Notes under the pieces: model-generated
Seen by the model: only the letters and a program-made list of their open reading frames with translations
What the model was told of the DNA's origin: nothing
Databases searched by the model: none
Program-made: the position numbers and the translations under genes
In this document: in pieces, positions 31,604-42,859 of the stretch
Position numbering within the stretch: position 1 is the stretch's first letter
How the letters are laid out: each line of letters starts with the position of its first letter
Source of the DNA: Pelagomonas calceolata
Lineage: Eukaryota
Reading direction: 5' to 3'
Assembly (NCBI GenBank): GCA_918797485.1
Contig: CAKKNE010000005.1
Coordinates: 2,914,001 to 2,978,000 of the forward strand
Length of the DNA stretch: 64,000 nucleotides

Positions 31604-31795
31604 CATCACACCCCCATGCAAACCAGCTCGTAATCGCGCCCGCAAGGCGAAAAAACTGCATCAAGTAGCAGAATTATAGCGCACTTTCGGCTGCGAGCGG
31701 GCACGCGCATCGCTAGCGACGCATAGCTGCGGACTGGGCGCCGTACAAAAAAGAGCAGCGACGCAGCGCGTGAGCGGCGCGCGCGCAACGCAGCG

Positions 31796-32815
31796 ATGCC
31801 GCCGCGAAATTGGCTCGCCGCGCTCGCCGCCGCGGCCGCCGCCGCCCAGAGCCACGACGTCACGCTCGTCACGCAAGCGACGGTCGAGAAGCTCTGGTTA
31901 TTCCCGGAGCTCTGCGAGCGCTGGCGTGGGCCGCTGGCGCTGTCGCTGTGGGTGCCGGACACAGCAGTCGTCGAGCAAGCATATGCCACCGCGTCGCAAG
32001 CGGCGCGAAGCTGCGCCGACGCGACCGACGGCGGCAGCGTCTCTATACACGTGGAAGTCCAGCGCTCCAACGAAGCGTACCCTGTCAATAGATTACGCAA
32101 TATTGGGTTGCGGAGCGTGAACACGTCGCACGTGTTAGTGAGCGACGCGGACTTTCTACCCAGTCGCGGGCTGCGGGACGCGATTCGCGCCAAGGCCCAC
32201 TGGCTCGCGAACGAAAAATTAGCATTGGTCGTGCCCGCGTTCCAGCGCAAGGGCGGACGATGCAAGACGCTGGAGAGCTGTCGCGAGCGCCTCGAGCCGC
32301 TTCCCACGACTGTGCCGGGCCGATTCGGCCAGCTGGCGCGTTGTTTGCGAGAAAAGGACTGTCTTGTGTTCCAGGGCGACAACAGCCCCCAGTCGCACGG
32401 CACGACCGATAGCAGTAGGTGGCTCGAGGGCGACGAGACCGTGCGACCGATCGAATGCTTCCGCTCGAACCGCTACGAGCCCTACGTTGTGGTCTCGATG
32501 GCGCAGATGCCGCTCTATGACGAGCGTTTTGCGGGCTACGGAAAAAATAAAATCCAGCACGTCTCGCATTTGCGGCGGATGGGTTACTTGTTTGCGGTAC
32601 TGCCGCGGCATTTCTTGATTCACGTGCCGCACCCGCGAAGTGGTTCCAAAAAGGAGTGGCTCAACTCGTACCAGACGCACTCCGCCGTGGACACGCTGTA
32701 CACGAAGTTCCTGAAAGAGATCGACGCGCGATACGGCGCGGCGACGCGTGTGCACCTGTGTTCGCAAGTGGATGGGGACTTCCGGCGCGCGAAGAGACGG
32801 TGGGCCGGAGCTTAA
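31796..32815 (+). CDS. Glycosyltransferase family 49 (LARGE/B4GAT1-like)
   Basis: VTLVTQ, YPVNRLRN, DADFLP, YEPYVV, YDERFAGYGKNK; signal peptide. Confidence 0.9.
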   Translation: MPPRNWLAALAAAAAAAQSHDVTLVTQATVEKLWLFPELCERWRGPLALSLWVPDTAVVEQAYATASQAARSCADATDGGSVSIHVEVQRSNEAYPVNRLRNIGLRSVNTSHVLVSDADFLPSRGLRDAIRAKAHWLANEKLALVVPAFQRKGGRCKTLESCRERLEPLPTTVPGRFGQLARCLREKDCLVFQGDNSPQSHGTTDSSRWLEGDETVRPIECFRSNRYEPYVVVSMAQMPLYDERFAGYGKNKIQHVSHLRRMGYLFAVLPRHFLIHVPHPRSGSKKEWLNSYQTHSAVDTLYTKFLKEIDARYGAATRVHLCSQVDGDFRRAKRRWAGA

Positions 32816-32822
32816 AATTACA

Positions 32823-34136
32823 CTAAAATTCTCGATTAGGCAGCCCTCCGTCCCGATGGGCTTTCTTCAGTCGTATCACGCGGGCGACGAGGCACGCAGA
32901 AGGGTTCGAGCCCGTGACGGGCCCCGCGTCCATCGCAGCGAGCTTCACGGCCAGCGGCGACTCGTTGAAAAGTGACGAGGCGGCGCCGTCGACGCCGGCC
33001 GCCGCGATCCAATCGCTACAGCGCTGCGCCGGCGACACGTCGTACGAAGGTATCCCTGGCATATACGGCATCGCTGGTGCCGCCGGCGCCGCGGGGGCCA
33101 CGCGTTGTCGTTTGAGGTTTCCCTCGATGGCGCGCATCGCCTGGAGCGCGGCGCTTACGGCGTCGCTCGGGCCGCCACTTGATGGTGGCGGCGCGTACGT
33201 CTGATTCCGCGGCGAGCCTCCGCCGAAGCCGCCGCCCAGGGGCGGCCCGACATCGGGTGGTCGCCAACCCGAAGCACCGCTGCTGGGCGCCGCGGCAAAA
33301 CCGCTACTCCGCGGCGAGCCGCCGAGGGGCGGTCCCACGTCTGGCGGCCGCCACCCGTTCGTCGGCGGGCCCATTGTCGCGGGCGGCGGCGCGCTAGGAG
33401 CAGCGGGAGGCATCCAGCCCGACGACGGCGGCGCGCCGGGAGCCGCGTGGACGTACTTACAGCTGTCGCCGCGCGTGCATCGTCCATTCTGGAAATCGCG
33501 GCAGATGCCGTTCACGTCGGCGGCAGGAGGCATCCAGGTCGCCGCGGGCGGCGGCGCGCCTGGAGCCGCGTGGACGTACTTGCAGCTGTCGCCGCGCGTG
33601 CATCGTCCGTTCTGGAAGTCGCGGCACACGTCCTTCAGGCCGAAATTCGGCGGCGGCGGCGCGTACATCGCCCCGTTTGGTGGCGGCATTTGGTAGCCGC
33701 CGGGACGCGGGGCGGAAGGTTGGAAGGCCGGCGCGCGCGCTGGTGCGCCGGTCAGCAGCGCGTCGAGGTCGCCGGCCGGCCGATTTACGATGCCGACGCC
33801 GGGCGGCGCGGGCGGCGGCGATGCACCGACGGGCGTCGCGGGTCGCACCTCAAAGTGCTTCCCGTCGAGCTGGTGGCAAAATTTATCCCTCGCTTGATCA
33901 TCAACGGCTGCGGCGACGGCTCTCACATCCATGGTCACGAAACCAAATCCGCGGCTTCTAGTTGTGTGGCGATCATACATAACCTCGCACATCTCTACTT
34001 TGTAGGGCGCGTACTTCGTCTCGAAGTATTTGACGAGCTTATCGGAGTCCGTCATCTGTGATAATCCGCCGAGGAAGCATTTCGCTGTCGCTGGTCCACT
34101 TGCACTTGATGCGGCACCTCGCGGCCTCTTACCCAT
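32823..34136 (-). CDS. RRM + two CCCH zinc-finger RNA-binding protein
   Basis: CFLGGL (RNP2), RGFGFVT (RNP1), and two identical CRDFQNGRCTRGDSCKYVH fingers. Confidence 0.88.
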   Translation of the reverse strand: MGKRPRGAASSASGPATAKCFLGGLSQMTDSDKLVKYFETKYAPYKVEMCEVMYDRHTTRSRGFGFVTMDVRAVAAAVDDQARDKFCHQLDGKHFEVRPATPVGASPPPAPPGVGIVNRPAGDLDALLTGAPARAPAFQPSAPRPGGYQMPPPNGAMYAPPPPNFGLKDVCRDFQNGRCTRGDSCKYVHAAPGAPPPAATWMPPAADVNGICRDFQNGRCTRGDSCKYVHAAPGAPPSSGWMPPAAPSAPPPATMGPPTNGWRPPDVGPPLGGSPRSSGFAAAPSSGASGWRPPDVGPPLGGGFGGGSPRNQTYAPPPSSGGPSDAVSAALQAMRAIEGNLKRQRVAPAAPAAPAMPYMPGIPSYDVSPAQRCSDWIAAAGVDGAASSLFNESPLAVKLAAMDAGPVTGSNPSACLVARVIRLKKAHRDGGLPNREF

Positions 34137-34506
34137 GTTTTGCGGGAGGGGTTGGGCGGGCCCGCGACGTAATTAGCCTGAGCCTGAGCCTGCTTTGTTT
34201 TCTGCTGCTGCGGAGCCACGGGGCGCGCTCGTTGAGCCGCAGCCGTTTCAGTCGTGCTATAGACTGTCAGAACGAATGCGACGACCACTGAACGACGCGC
34301 ACCGAGACCACTAATCGCGCGCTGGCAATCGAGAGCCAGAGCTCGAGCTCAAAAATCGGGTTTTGGAGGTTTGTCGAAGGCCGCAAAAACGCACAAGATG
34401 ACGAGGCAACGATGCCCGTACGCGGTTGGCGTCGTGTTTTTGCCGCGTTTTGGCGTTTCTTTGGTTACCGCGCACGTCCGCGATAAGGGAACTAACGACA
34501 ATATCC

Positions 34507-35649
34507 TTACTTAAACAGACTCGCCACCAGCATATCAACGTCCACCGGCGGCGGCGCGCGCGGCACGGGGAACATGAAGTTCTTCAGCTTCTCGTGGGCC
34601 TCGAAGCGCAGGCCGCGGCCCTTCGAGCCTCGAGACACGCCGCCGCCCGAGGAGCGCTGCTGCATTGGCACGGCGCTGCCGCCTTTGCGCGAACCGCTCC
34701 GGGACGCGTAGTCGCGGAGCCACGCCTTGTATAAGCCGGCGTCGTCGTAGAACTCGACGTTCGGCGAGCCGTCGGGCCTCTTCGGGTGCATCTTCTTCCG
34801 CGCGCGCTCCTCGTCCTGCGTCGCGGCGAGGCGCGCCTGTTCGAAGGGGCCCAAATTGGTCGCTTTCAGCCCCATGGAAGCCTGCGCCGCCCCGAGATGC
34901 GTCTTCCTTCGCCACGCCTCGGCCGCGGCCTCCCACTTCGGCCGCTTCTGCCGGTGACCCTCTTCTAATTCCTCCCACAACGCGTCGGCGTCGGCGATGT
35001 CCCGCTCGCGCTCTTCGACGCCCGACGCCGCGTCGCGCAGCTCCAAGAACGCGGCGCAGAGCTGCTGGCACGCCGCCGCCGCGTCGGGGTCGCATTGGCC
35101 CGGTTCTACTTTTGCTGCCGCCCTTAGCGCCCCTTCCAGCAACACCCGGAACTCCAAGACGTCCGCTTCCAAGTCGGCGTGAGCGCGAGCGCAGCGCGCC
35201 GCTCGGGTCTTCGCGGGTGCCTTCTCCGCGGCCTTCGCGGCGCCCGCCTGGTCCTCGGCGTCGAAGGAGTCCAGCAGATCGTCGACGCCGTCGTCCGTCT
35301 TGCTGAAGACGCTCATCTGCCGGGTCGCTTGCGGCTCATCGCTCTCGTCGCTCTCGTCGTTGTCGTCGTCACCGTAAATCGCTTCGTCGATGTCGTCGTC
35401 GTCCTCAGCGACCACGTCGTCGTCGCCACTATCGAGTCCGTCGTCAAACAACTCCGCGCGCGACGACTTCGCCAGGCCCACGGGGGCCTCTCCATCATCA
35501 ACGAGGCGCCGCTTGGGGATCACGGCCAGGTCCTCGCCCGCCTTGAAACCCGTTGACGTCCGCGCAGCGGTGCCGTCGTCGAAGTTCGTCGCGTCCTCGG
35601 GGTCGACTTCGGGTGCGGGTGCCAAGAGGCTCTCTACCAGTGCATTCAT
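34507..35649 (-). CDS. AATF: AATF/Bfr2 ribosome-biogenesis protein
   Basis: Acidic N-terminus, VLEFRVLLE, FYDDAGLYKAWLRDY, SKGRGLRFEAHEKLKNFMFP; likely ATG at 35649. Confidence 0.85.
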   Translation of the reverse strand: MNALVESLLAPAPEVDPEDATNFDDGTAARTSTGFKAGEDLAVIPKRRLVDDGEAPVGLAKSSRAELFDDGLDSGDDDVVAEDDDDIDEAIYGDDDNDESDESDEPQATRQMSVFSKTDDGVDDLLDSFDAEDQAGAAKAAEKAPAKTRAARCARAHADLEADVLEFRVLLEGALRAAAKVEPGQCDPDAAAACQQLCAAFLELRDAASGVEERERDIADADALWEELEEGHRQKRPKWEAAAEAWRRKTHLGAAQASMGLKATNLGPFEQARLAATQDEERARKKMHPKRPDGSPNVEFYDDAGLYKAWLRDYASRSGSRKGGSAVPMQQRSSGGGVSRGSKGRGLRFEAHEKLKNFMFPVPRAPPPVDVDMLVASLFK

Positions 35650-35798
35650 GCTGCAGGGCTGGTGGCGATGATGCTGTGCACTCGTTTGCACCTGTGCAAT
35701 TTAAGTGCCTAGCATCCGCAGCGCTGCGGCCTTGAAGGAACAGACGCACTGCAGAGCCCGCTCGTGGTGCAAAAATCGCCGGCGCAGGCAAGAGCTAG

Positions 35799-35820
35799 CT
35801 AGCGGCCTGTAAGACACTAG
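35799..35820 (+). promoter_or_regulatory. CTAG-box motif pointing into apparently non-coding DNA
   Basis: CTAGCGGCCTGTAAGACACTAG; + orientation, but no convincing + strand CDS follows. Confidence 0.6.
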
Positions 35821-36138
35821 CTGGCAACCCGTGATCCGAAAGCCTTTCTATGCGTTGTTCCATCGTGTTTCACAGCTTACGCTTCGTCTTAACCGTCGGA
35901 TTGACGGTACGCGGACCCGCACGCCAGAACATCTCATAATCCGCACGCCAGACTACCGAGTAAAGTTTACGCGCCCCTCAAGCGGGAGCCACGGGGGCCC
36001 TAGGGTTGTCATTTCGTTGGGACGGGGACCGCTCGGAATCCAGGGACGGGGAAGCGGGTACAGGTCGTTGTGAGTTCCCGGAGGACGGTGAGTACCGCGA
36101 CCACGATCTGGACGGGTGAGGCATACGTCGGCCCGAGA

Positions 36139-39100
36139 CTACTTCTTCCCGCGCTTCGCCGCGATCTCCGCGAATCGCTTTTGGCCCCGCTTGGCCGCCT
36201 TCTTTCTCTTGCCCGGCGACAGCTCCTTCAACTTCTTGCGCGCCGGCGCCCGCGCCGGCGCCTCCGCGTCGGCCGTCGATTTCCGCTTCTTGGACGCCGC
36301 TTTCTTCTTCGGCGGTGGCGCCTCCACTACCACATCCTCCTCGGACGACGAATGCTCGGGCGTCAGCTGCTGCTCCTCCTCGGCCGCGCCGTCGCCCGCC
36401 TCAGGCACATCATCATCTTCGTCGTCCTCATCATCATCCGAGCTATCTATGGTCGTCGAGATACCCTTCTTCTTCGTCGATGCGCGCTTCTTCGGCGCTG
36501 GCGCAACCTCCTCCTCCTCGTCCTCGTCGGACGACGACGCCTCGGCCTTCTTCCTCTTCTGCTTGCCCGCGCCGCCGCCCGCACCGGGACCGTCGCCATC
36601 GTTACTATCATCATCGTCGTCATCATCATCATCCGAACTCTCTATGACTTTCAAGGCGCGCCCTGCCCGCGCGTTGACGAGGTCTTCCTCCATGAGATCG
36701 AGTAGAGCAACGTCGGCGCCCACGAGGCGCGGCCGGAAGGCCATGTACGCATCCATCAGCGGAATGCCGGACACGGCCTTCTTGGCCATCTTGCGCAGCC
36801 CAGCCTGAGCTTCCTTTTCGTGAGCAGCGACCGCGTCGTCCCACGGTGTGCCCTCGGGTTGCGGCACCTCGTCCGGCATCGCCTTCTTCAGATCTTTCTC
36901 GTACTTGCGCAGCCGCTTCAACTCCTCCTCATCCAACTTCTTGAACTTGAACTGCTCGTCGCCCACGTGCTTCTTCTTCTTGTCCTTCACATACTTCTCG
37001 TTGTAGGCGAGCTCCTTGTTGATCGCATTGACCATCTCATCCTTCAATTTGCCCGGCTTCCAGCTCGGGTGCGTGTCAAAGTAAGCTTCAGACGTCGACG
37101 AGTCCTCGCACCTCGCCGTAGCAGTCACCACAAAGCGACTGTTGCAGCTGTTGTGCTTTGCGCTCGCGTGGATCTTGTCGAACGCCTTCTCCCAGCACTT
37201 CTGCTTGCTATACTTCCCCGTGGTTCTGTAGCGCCTCACTAATTGGACGATGTCCCAACGGTACTTCGCGGCCCGTTGCGACGAATCTTTGCCATCAAAC
37301 ACCCACGTAGATGTCGAGCCGACCTTCACCGACTGCTGCACGCCAATTGTGACGTCGACGCGCGTCGGGTCGGCGCGAATCACCGACGTCTCAACCGTCG
37401 CAGAGTAGCCCGTCTCCTGGTGCTGCTGTCTCTGGTCCTCGTCGAGGCGCTTAGTATACAACTTCTTGCCCTCGCAGACCACGTCTCGTTTCTTCAGTAA
37501 AGTGATGAGGCTCCCGCTCCGCTTCTTGATCGAGCAGTCGAACGCGTCCTTCCGGGTGCCCTCGCGGTTCGCCCCGGAGAACTCCACGATCTCGCCCAGC
37601 TTCGCGAAGAAGTACCACTTGATCAACCACATATAATCGAACTCAGTAATGCTACCAGTACCGTAGAACTCGTTGGCCAGCGGCCAGGGCACGACCTCCA
37701 ACGCTGCTAGCGGGTAGCATCGGCAGAGCTTGTGGAGGCCCCGCGCACCGCACGCGACCGCCAGCAGCGCTTGCCCGACGGAATCGGTGCGCAGATCAAC
37801 GCCAGATACGCCCCAGGATTTAACCTTCTCCGTGCCCGTCCTCGTAGCCTTAAATTGGGCATACGCCGTCGGCGATACCACCGTAGTCGTGGCAGCGCGG
37901 GTCGAGGCGTTCGCTCCCTCTTCACAGGTCGGCTCCACGCGGAGGAACTGGGTCGTGACCTCACCTTTCTTCAAACCGTAGCCCAACGCAACGTCCACGC
38001 GGACCCCAGAGCACGGCGCTGGTTCGGCTGCGCCGTCGTCATTTACTAAGACCCAGCGCTCGCGCGTGTCCTCACATACACCGGGTGTACTTCCCCTAAC
38101 ATCGACGCGTTGCTTGGGCCTCGTAGTCAAAGCTGACTGATTGCCCGAAAAGTACTGGGCGTATCTAGTAAAGACAGTCTGTTTCTTTTTACCAGTTCCA
38201 CCCAATGTCCCGAACGAAGCAGTTCCACTCCTAACGTGAACACCGACAAAGTACTGGCACTCTTTGAGGTGCTCGAACTCGTCGTGCTTTATTAGATGGC
38301 GTCGCAGCGAGTCATGGACTGCTACTAGGATGTCGATCGCGCTCTGCCCGGACTGATGCCAGACCTCCATGACGGGCTTGCCCTTGTCTAGCTTCTTGCA
38401 GTACTTGTAGACAAGCTTCGCCTCTTCGTCTGAGAACCAGTCCGACGCCCCTTCTTCGGCCACCTCACCAGCAGTGTAGCGCTTCACCACGACACACAAC
38501 TCGTCCTCATTGTCGCCGCCTAGGTTCTTCACTTGGATCTTCTTGCCGCCCACGCGCTGCAACAAGCGGTGCGCGTCCGCCTCATCCAACACGGCTACCG
38601 CCTCCGCGAAGCGTTTCTGGGCCGCATCCTTCTGGTCGACAACATCTTGACTAGCCCAGTCGCGTCTGGCATACTCACTATCGTCCAGATGTCGCCAGGG
38701 CGACTTCTCCTGTTCAGAGGAGTCGAGCTCGGACCACTCCTCCTTGAAGCCCGCGATGAGCAGGTTCACGCGCCGGTCCCGACCAATCCCACTTCTACCA
38801 GTAGCACCAATTTGAATATCAAGCGTCGCGTCGTCGAAGAACGTCTCCCGCAGGCGCTGCACGGACAGCACCTCGCCGATGTCGCCCGCCGCCTTCAAAT
38901 ACTCCTCGAGCTTCTCCCTGATCGCCTTCATATTCTCCTCGTCTTCCTCCCTCGCGAGATAGAGCGTCGTTCTCCCCTCGTCGTCGGAATCGGCGTTTCC
39001 AGTGTCTAGTGGTCTATCGGGTGCAGACCGCTTTCGGTCCGACGTCTTCCGCTGAGCCGCCGACTGGCCCCGGCGCTCCTTCAGAGCTTTTGACGCAGCG

Positions 39101-40416
39101 TCCCAGTGACCTGGACGTCCGTCGCCCCATACCCAGTCCACGATAGGAATAGATGGGTAGCTCATGTTCGACCCTTCAACTAGAAACTTGATAGCACCGT
39201 CTTTGTCGTTCCGGTACTTCGCGTACTGTCCAGTACGGCGCAAATCCACGTCCTTCGCGTCCACATAGTGCACGCCGTCCTTCGTCTTCGTCAACAGCTC
39301 CGTTCCGAGTCGGCGCCGCCTTCCATTCACGACCACTGCCTCGACGCGCACGCTAGCTTCAGAGAGGACGTGGCCCTCGACGGGCAGCATGACGATGGCG
39401 TCGTCCTTGTCCGGCTCGTCCTCGTACAGCGTGGCATGGAGCCCGCGCAGCTCTTTCACGGTGCACGATTCGAACTGATTCTTCTTCGTCGCCATGAAGA
39501 TCACTTTTTGAGGGCCTTCTTCCGCCGCCTTTTTCGACGAAGGGGCCGCTGCGGGCTTCTTCTTGGGGGCACCCCCGCGCACGCGCTGCAACAACGTGCC
39601 CGTCGACTCGTGCTGGATCTTGTGGTCGATGAGCGTTCGGTGGCCGTCCCTGAGCTCCTGGTCGGCGAAGATGAGGCGCTGCTCGTCGGGTAAGACGCCA
39701 GTCTTGCCGTGGACCTTCTGCTGGACGGCGTCGACGGTGTCCGTCGGCTCCACATCTAAGGTGATGGTCTTGCCCTCGTCGCCGACGAAGATCTGCATGC
39801 TCGTCGCCTCGCCCTCACGCGGCGCTCCTCCGGCGCGCGCTTCGTCGGCCGGCGCGGCGGCCTGCTCGCCGACGACGCCATCGACGCGACAGTTGTCTGA
39901 TAGCCCGGCATTCTCAGCACCCTCGACGTCCTCCCAATCATCTAAATCAATATCTTCCTGTTCTTCGGCGCCTTCAGAAGACACAGAAGGAGAGGCGAGG
40001 TAGGGGATGTCGTCGTCGCCGTCCACGGCCGACGTGTCGTAGACGCGTGGCGCGAGCCCGTTCGACGCGCCGTCGCTCAGCCCGCGCATCCGCTTGAACA
40101 GCGCCTCCTCGGTCCCACGGAGCGCTCGTCCGGCGCGTTTCTCGCTAAGTGCCCTCGCCAAGACACGAGACGACCTCAATCTAGAGGACTTTTGGCGTCT
40201 CTTCAGCAGCGAGTAGGCGCTTCCCGAGTCCATACGCGTGTGAGCGGCGCGTGACACGGTTCTATTCAACAAGAGCGACTCGAGCCCGCCCGATAAACCC
40301 ACCGTCGGCGAACGTTCGAGGCCGTCGCGGAGCTGCAAGGCCTTGTCGAGCGCCTTTCTGAGCTCGTCGGCTCCGCTCCCATCAGTTCCCGTGCACGCTG
40401 AAGCACCGCTGCCCAT
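36139..40416 (-). CDS. 1425-aa protein with internal ubiquitin-like domain; function unknown
   Basis: Uninterrupted ORF; MGSGAS N-terminus; MQIFV...LLQRVRGG at 39798-39571; acidic/basic C-terminal tail. Confidence 0.8.
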   Translation of the reverse strand: MGSGASACTGTDGSGADELRKALDKALQLRDGLERSPTVGLSGGLESLLLNRTVSRAAHTRMDSGSAYSLLKRRQKSSRLRSSRVLARALSEKRAGRALRGTEEALFKRMRGLSDGASNGLAPRVYDTSAVDGDDDIPYLASPSVSSEGAEEQEDIDLDDWEDVEGAENAGLSDNCRVDGVVGEQAAAPADEARAGGAPREGEATSMQIFVGDEGKTITLDVEPTDTVDAVQQKVHGKTGVLPDEQRLIFADQELRDGHRTLIDHKIQHESTGTLLQRVRGGAPKKKPAAAPSSKKAAEEGPQKVIFMATKKNQFESCTVKELRGLHATLYEDEPDKDDAIVMLPVEGHVLSEASVRVEAVVVNGRRRRLGTELLTKTKDGVHYVDAKDVDLRRTGQYAKYRNDKDGAIKFLVEGSNMSYPSIPIVDWVWGDGRPGHWDAASKALKERRGQSAAQRKTSDRKRSAPDRPLDTGNADSDDEGRTTLYLAREEDEENMKAIREKLEEYLKAAGDIGEVLSVQRLRETFFDDATLDIQIGATGRSGIGRDRRVNLLIAGFKEEWSELDSSEQEKSPWRHLDDSEYARRDWASQDVVDQKDAAQKRFAEAVAVLDEADAHRLLQRVGGKKIQVKNLGGDNEDELCVVVKRYTAGEVAEEGASDWFSDEEAKLVYKYCKKLDKGKPVMEVWHQSGQSAIDILVAVHDSLRRHLIKHDEFEHLKECQYFVGVHVRSGTASFGTLGGTGKKKQTVFTRYAQYFSGNQSALTTRPKQRVDVRGSTPGVCEDTRERWVLVNDDGAAEPAPCSGVRVDVALGYGLKKGEVTTQFLRVEPTCEEGANASTRAATTTVVSPTAYAQFKATRTGTEKVKSWGVSGVDLRTDSVGQALLAVACGARGLHKLCRCYPLAALEVVPWPLANEFYGTGSITEFDYMWLIKWYFFAKLGEIVEFSGANREGTRKDAFDCSIKKRSGSLITLLKKRDVVCEGKKLYTKRLDEDQRQQHQETGYSATVETSVIRADPTRVDVTIGVQQSVKVGSTSTWVFDGKDSSQRAAKYRWDIVQLVRRYRTTGKYSKQKCWEKAFDKIHASAKHNSCNSRFVVTATARCEDSSTSEAYFDTHPSWKPGKLKDEMVNAINKELAYNEKYVKDKKKKHVGDEQFKFKKLDEEELKRLRKYEKDLKKAMPDEVPQPEGTPWDDAVAAHEKEAQAGLRKMAKKAVSGIPLMDAYMAFRPRLVGADVALLDLMEEDLVNARAGRALKVIESSDDDDDDDDDSNDGDGPGAGGGAGKQKRKKAEASSSDEDEEEEVAPAPKKRASTKKKGISTTIDSSDDDEDDEDDDVPEAGDGAAEEEQQLTPEHSSSEEDVVVEAPPPKKKAASKKRKSTADAEAPARAPARKKLKELSPGKRKKAAKRGQKRFAEIAAKRGKK

Positions 40417-40615
40417 TATCGTTCGTCGCGTGCGCCGCGGAGGCGCTGGCCTTTGAGGGGCTGCTGCTGCCCACCAGCCGACGTGCAGCTACTTTTGAGG
40501 GCAGCAGGCACTTTGCGGCGTCGCGTAGTGTCTGTGGCTCGCTCGCGTCGAGCGCTGGGCTCCCGTCGGCGTAAAATGTGCGAAGGCACAGAAGGCCACC
40601 GCTCAGCTGTGGTTG

Positions 40616-40636
40616 CTAGTGTCTTAAGACCGCTAG
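40616..40636 (-). promoter_or_regulatory. CTAG-box motif with adjacent poly-T tract
   Basis: CTAGTGTCTTAAGACCGCTAG, 200 bp upstream of ATG 40416. Confidence 0.7.
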
Positions 40637-40890
40637 CTTTTTTTTTTTTTTTTGCGTTTTTTGCGTTTCTTTTTTTTTGTTGTGGGCTCCGCGGACACGC
40701 CGTCCGAGCCGCTCGGACTCGATTGAGTCGCCATCTGGCCGCTGCTGGGCCCTGCGCAGCCGCCGCGTATGTTAGAGGTACGCTGCGCGACGCAAACAAG
40801 GGCTGCCCAAGGGCTGCCTGTTTTTGGCCTTGGGACGCGAAAACCTACTAAGATCCAACTTGAACTTCAACAAGAGAAACGTTTCCTGAT

Positions 40891-41318
40891 GTGATTTCCT
40901 CGGCGTTCTCGTCTTCCTTCGCCTCTACCACGGCCGCGGACGTCATCCTCGCGCTCGCCGCCGGCGCGTCCGCCGGTTGCTCCTGCCCCTTGATCGAGGA
41001 CGAAGATCAATGCACCAACACCTGTAGTGGGTGCGTGTGGTATGAGCAGTGCGGTCGCCGTAATTTGCGCTTCGGCGCCGTGGCGACGGGTTGTTGCGCG
41101 TACGAATGCCGCCGCCTGGGTGGAAATCAAAATTTTAAGGCGCGTTCGTGCTGAATCATCGCGTCGTCCTCCACGCCATCGACGCGACGCCTGCTCGATG
41201 GCGTGGAGCACCCGACACACTGGTTGATTTCCACACAGGCCGCCGCCGCCTCACCGCGGAGGAGACGACGGCCCTCACCGCGGAGGAACAGGAGCACCGC
41301 AGACTCTTCTGCCCCTAA
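40891..41318 (+). CDS. Small Cys-rich, probably secreted protein (5' end unresolved)
   Basis: VILALAAGASA-GCSCPLIEDEDQCTNTCSGCVWYEQC...GCCAYEC, continuing RRRLTAEE...LFCP* after removing intron 41108-41238. Confidence 0.5.
41108..41246 (+). mobile_element. Introner MITE with perfect 8-bp TSD (GC-AG intron 41108-41238)
   Basis: GCCGCCGC-CTGGGTGGAAATCAA...TTGATTTCCACACAG-GCCGCCGC. Confidence 0.92.
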
Positions 41319-41385
41319 GCGGCCGTTTGGCAACGCATCGATCCCACCGTGTCTCTCGGGACACCTGCCTAAAATACCCCTCAAC

Positions 41386-42444
41386 TTAGTCCCAAAACGG
41401 CTCGTGCAGCAACACCCCCAAACACGACCCGTTCGTCTCGTGGTACTCGACGCGCTCCACGTTCAGTTTCGCCATCACGGCCGCGACGAGCACGAGCTTC
41501 GCTAGAGCGAGATGCGGCTCGGGGTAGGGCTCGTCGAGGGCCGCCCTATCCGATAGAGGCGCGACGACGTGCGCGTGGCCCTGGGCCACGTACTGGAGCC
41601 AGTCGGCGCGCGCGCCGTCGTCGCCCAGCGACACTAATTTTGCGGTGGCGCGCTTCACGTCCTCCGGCGCGAAGCCCGACGCGCCGATGGCGTCGCAGGC
41701 CACGCGGAAGCACGACGAGCGATGCCCGAACGCCACGGCGGGCCCCTCCTGCAGCGCGGCGGCGAGCCACGCGGGCGCCGGTGGTAATTCGTCAGTCAGC
41801 GCAGCAATAACAGCCTTCACGTTCTGCGACGTGGCGCCGCCCATATCCCGCAACCGCGCGAAGGCGTCGGCGTTGCCGAGCGGTCCCGCGTAGACGCGGA
41901 CGCCGCCGCCGCCGACGCGCGCCGACAGCTGGAACGAGCCGCCGCCCGAGTCCCACGCACACGCGACCTCCCGCCCGGCCGCCGCGCAGGCCGTCAGGAA
42001 GCCCAATTCGCCCTCCGTCGACTGCGGCACGATCCTCAGGTTGAGCGCGAGGGCGTCGCTGCATTTTTTCAGGTGCTGCTCGCCGTTCCGGGCGCGCCGG
42101 AACACCGCCGTCGCGACGCCGGCCTTGGCCTGCGCGCCCTGGGCCGCCGCGCGCTCGGCTAAATCATTGAGAGCCTCCTTCGACGCGCGGAGCGCGCCGG
42201 CGCTCAGCGCGCCGTCGCCGCCGGGCCGCGTCAAATCCTGCGCCAGGAGCACCGTCGAGACCTCGCTGTGGAGCACTTTTACGCTGGTGCCGTGGACCGC
42301 CGCCACAACTAATTTGTGCTCGCCGCTGCCGATGTCGAAGGCCGCGCGGATTTTTGTTCGCAATTTTCTCCGGATCACGAGCATGGCTGCTACTCCGGCG
42401 GCGGCGGCCAGGGCGAGCTTTTGGTTCTTTTGTGAGAGCTGCAT
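41386..42444 (-). CDS. Ppx/GppA family phosphatase
   Basis: AAFDIGSG, GVATAVFRRARNG, EGELGF, WDSGGGSFQL; N-terminal hydrophobic anchor. Confidence 0.85.
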   Translation of the reverse strand: MQLSQKNQKLALAAAAGVAAMLVIRRKLRTKIRAAFDIGSGEHKLVVAAVHGTSVKVLHSEVSTVLLAQDLTRPGGDGALSAGALRASKEALNDLAERAAAQGAQAKAGVATAVFRRARNGEQHLKKCSDALALNLRIVPQSTEGELGFLTACAAAGREVACAWDSGGGSFQLSARVGGGGVRVYAGPLGNADAFARLRDMGGATSQNVKAVIAALTDELPPAPAWLAAALQEGPAVAFGHRSSCFRVACDAIGASGFAPEDVKRATAKLVSLGDDGARADWLQYVAQGHAHVVAPLSDRAALDEPYPEPHLALAKLVLVAAVMAKLNVERVEYHETNGSCLGVLLHEPFWD

Positions 42445-42607
42445 CGCGGCGACGGGCGTCAAGCGAAGCAAGTGGTCGCTTGTTGCGCTTCTTTTTGCAC
42501 CAGTGCTGGCCTAGCTGGACAGTAATGCTTCCTGCTTTTGCTGTGAGTGATTTTTGAGCAGGCTAACGTTGCTTTGAGGCTGCTTTGCGGTGCGGGCTAG
42601 GAGCTGA

Positions 42608-42629
42608 CTAGTGTGTCAACACACGTTAG
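42608..42629 (-). promoter_or_regulatory. CTAG-box motif (divergent copy)
   Basis: CTAGTGTGTCAACACACGTTAG, ~165 bp upstream of ATG 42444. Confidence 0.35.
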
Positions 42630-42859
42630 CTCGTCGCGGCTCTTTGCAGCCGCTTTGTAGCAAGCGGTGGTCGTAGGCGCTGTCTGGTGGCCTTCTGTGG
42701 CTTTCCAGTAAGCCGCTGCCGAGTCGTGCTGGCAAAACCGCACGCGTGAGGGCGTAGAGGACTCAAACCAGCAGACAAGGCTGAGGTCTTTTTGCGCTGT
42801 ACCGCTTAGCGATCAAGAACAGTACATATCTAGCACATCGATCAAAGCACGCGACAAAA

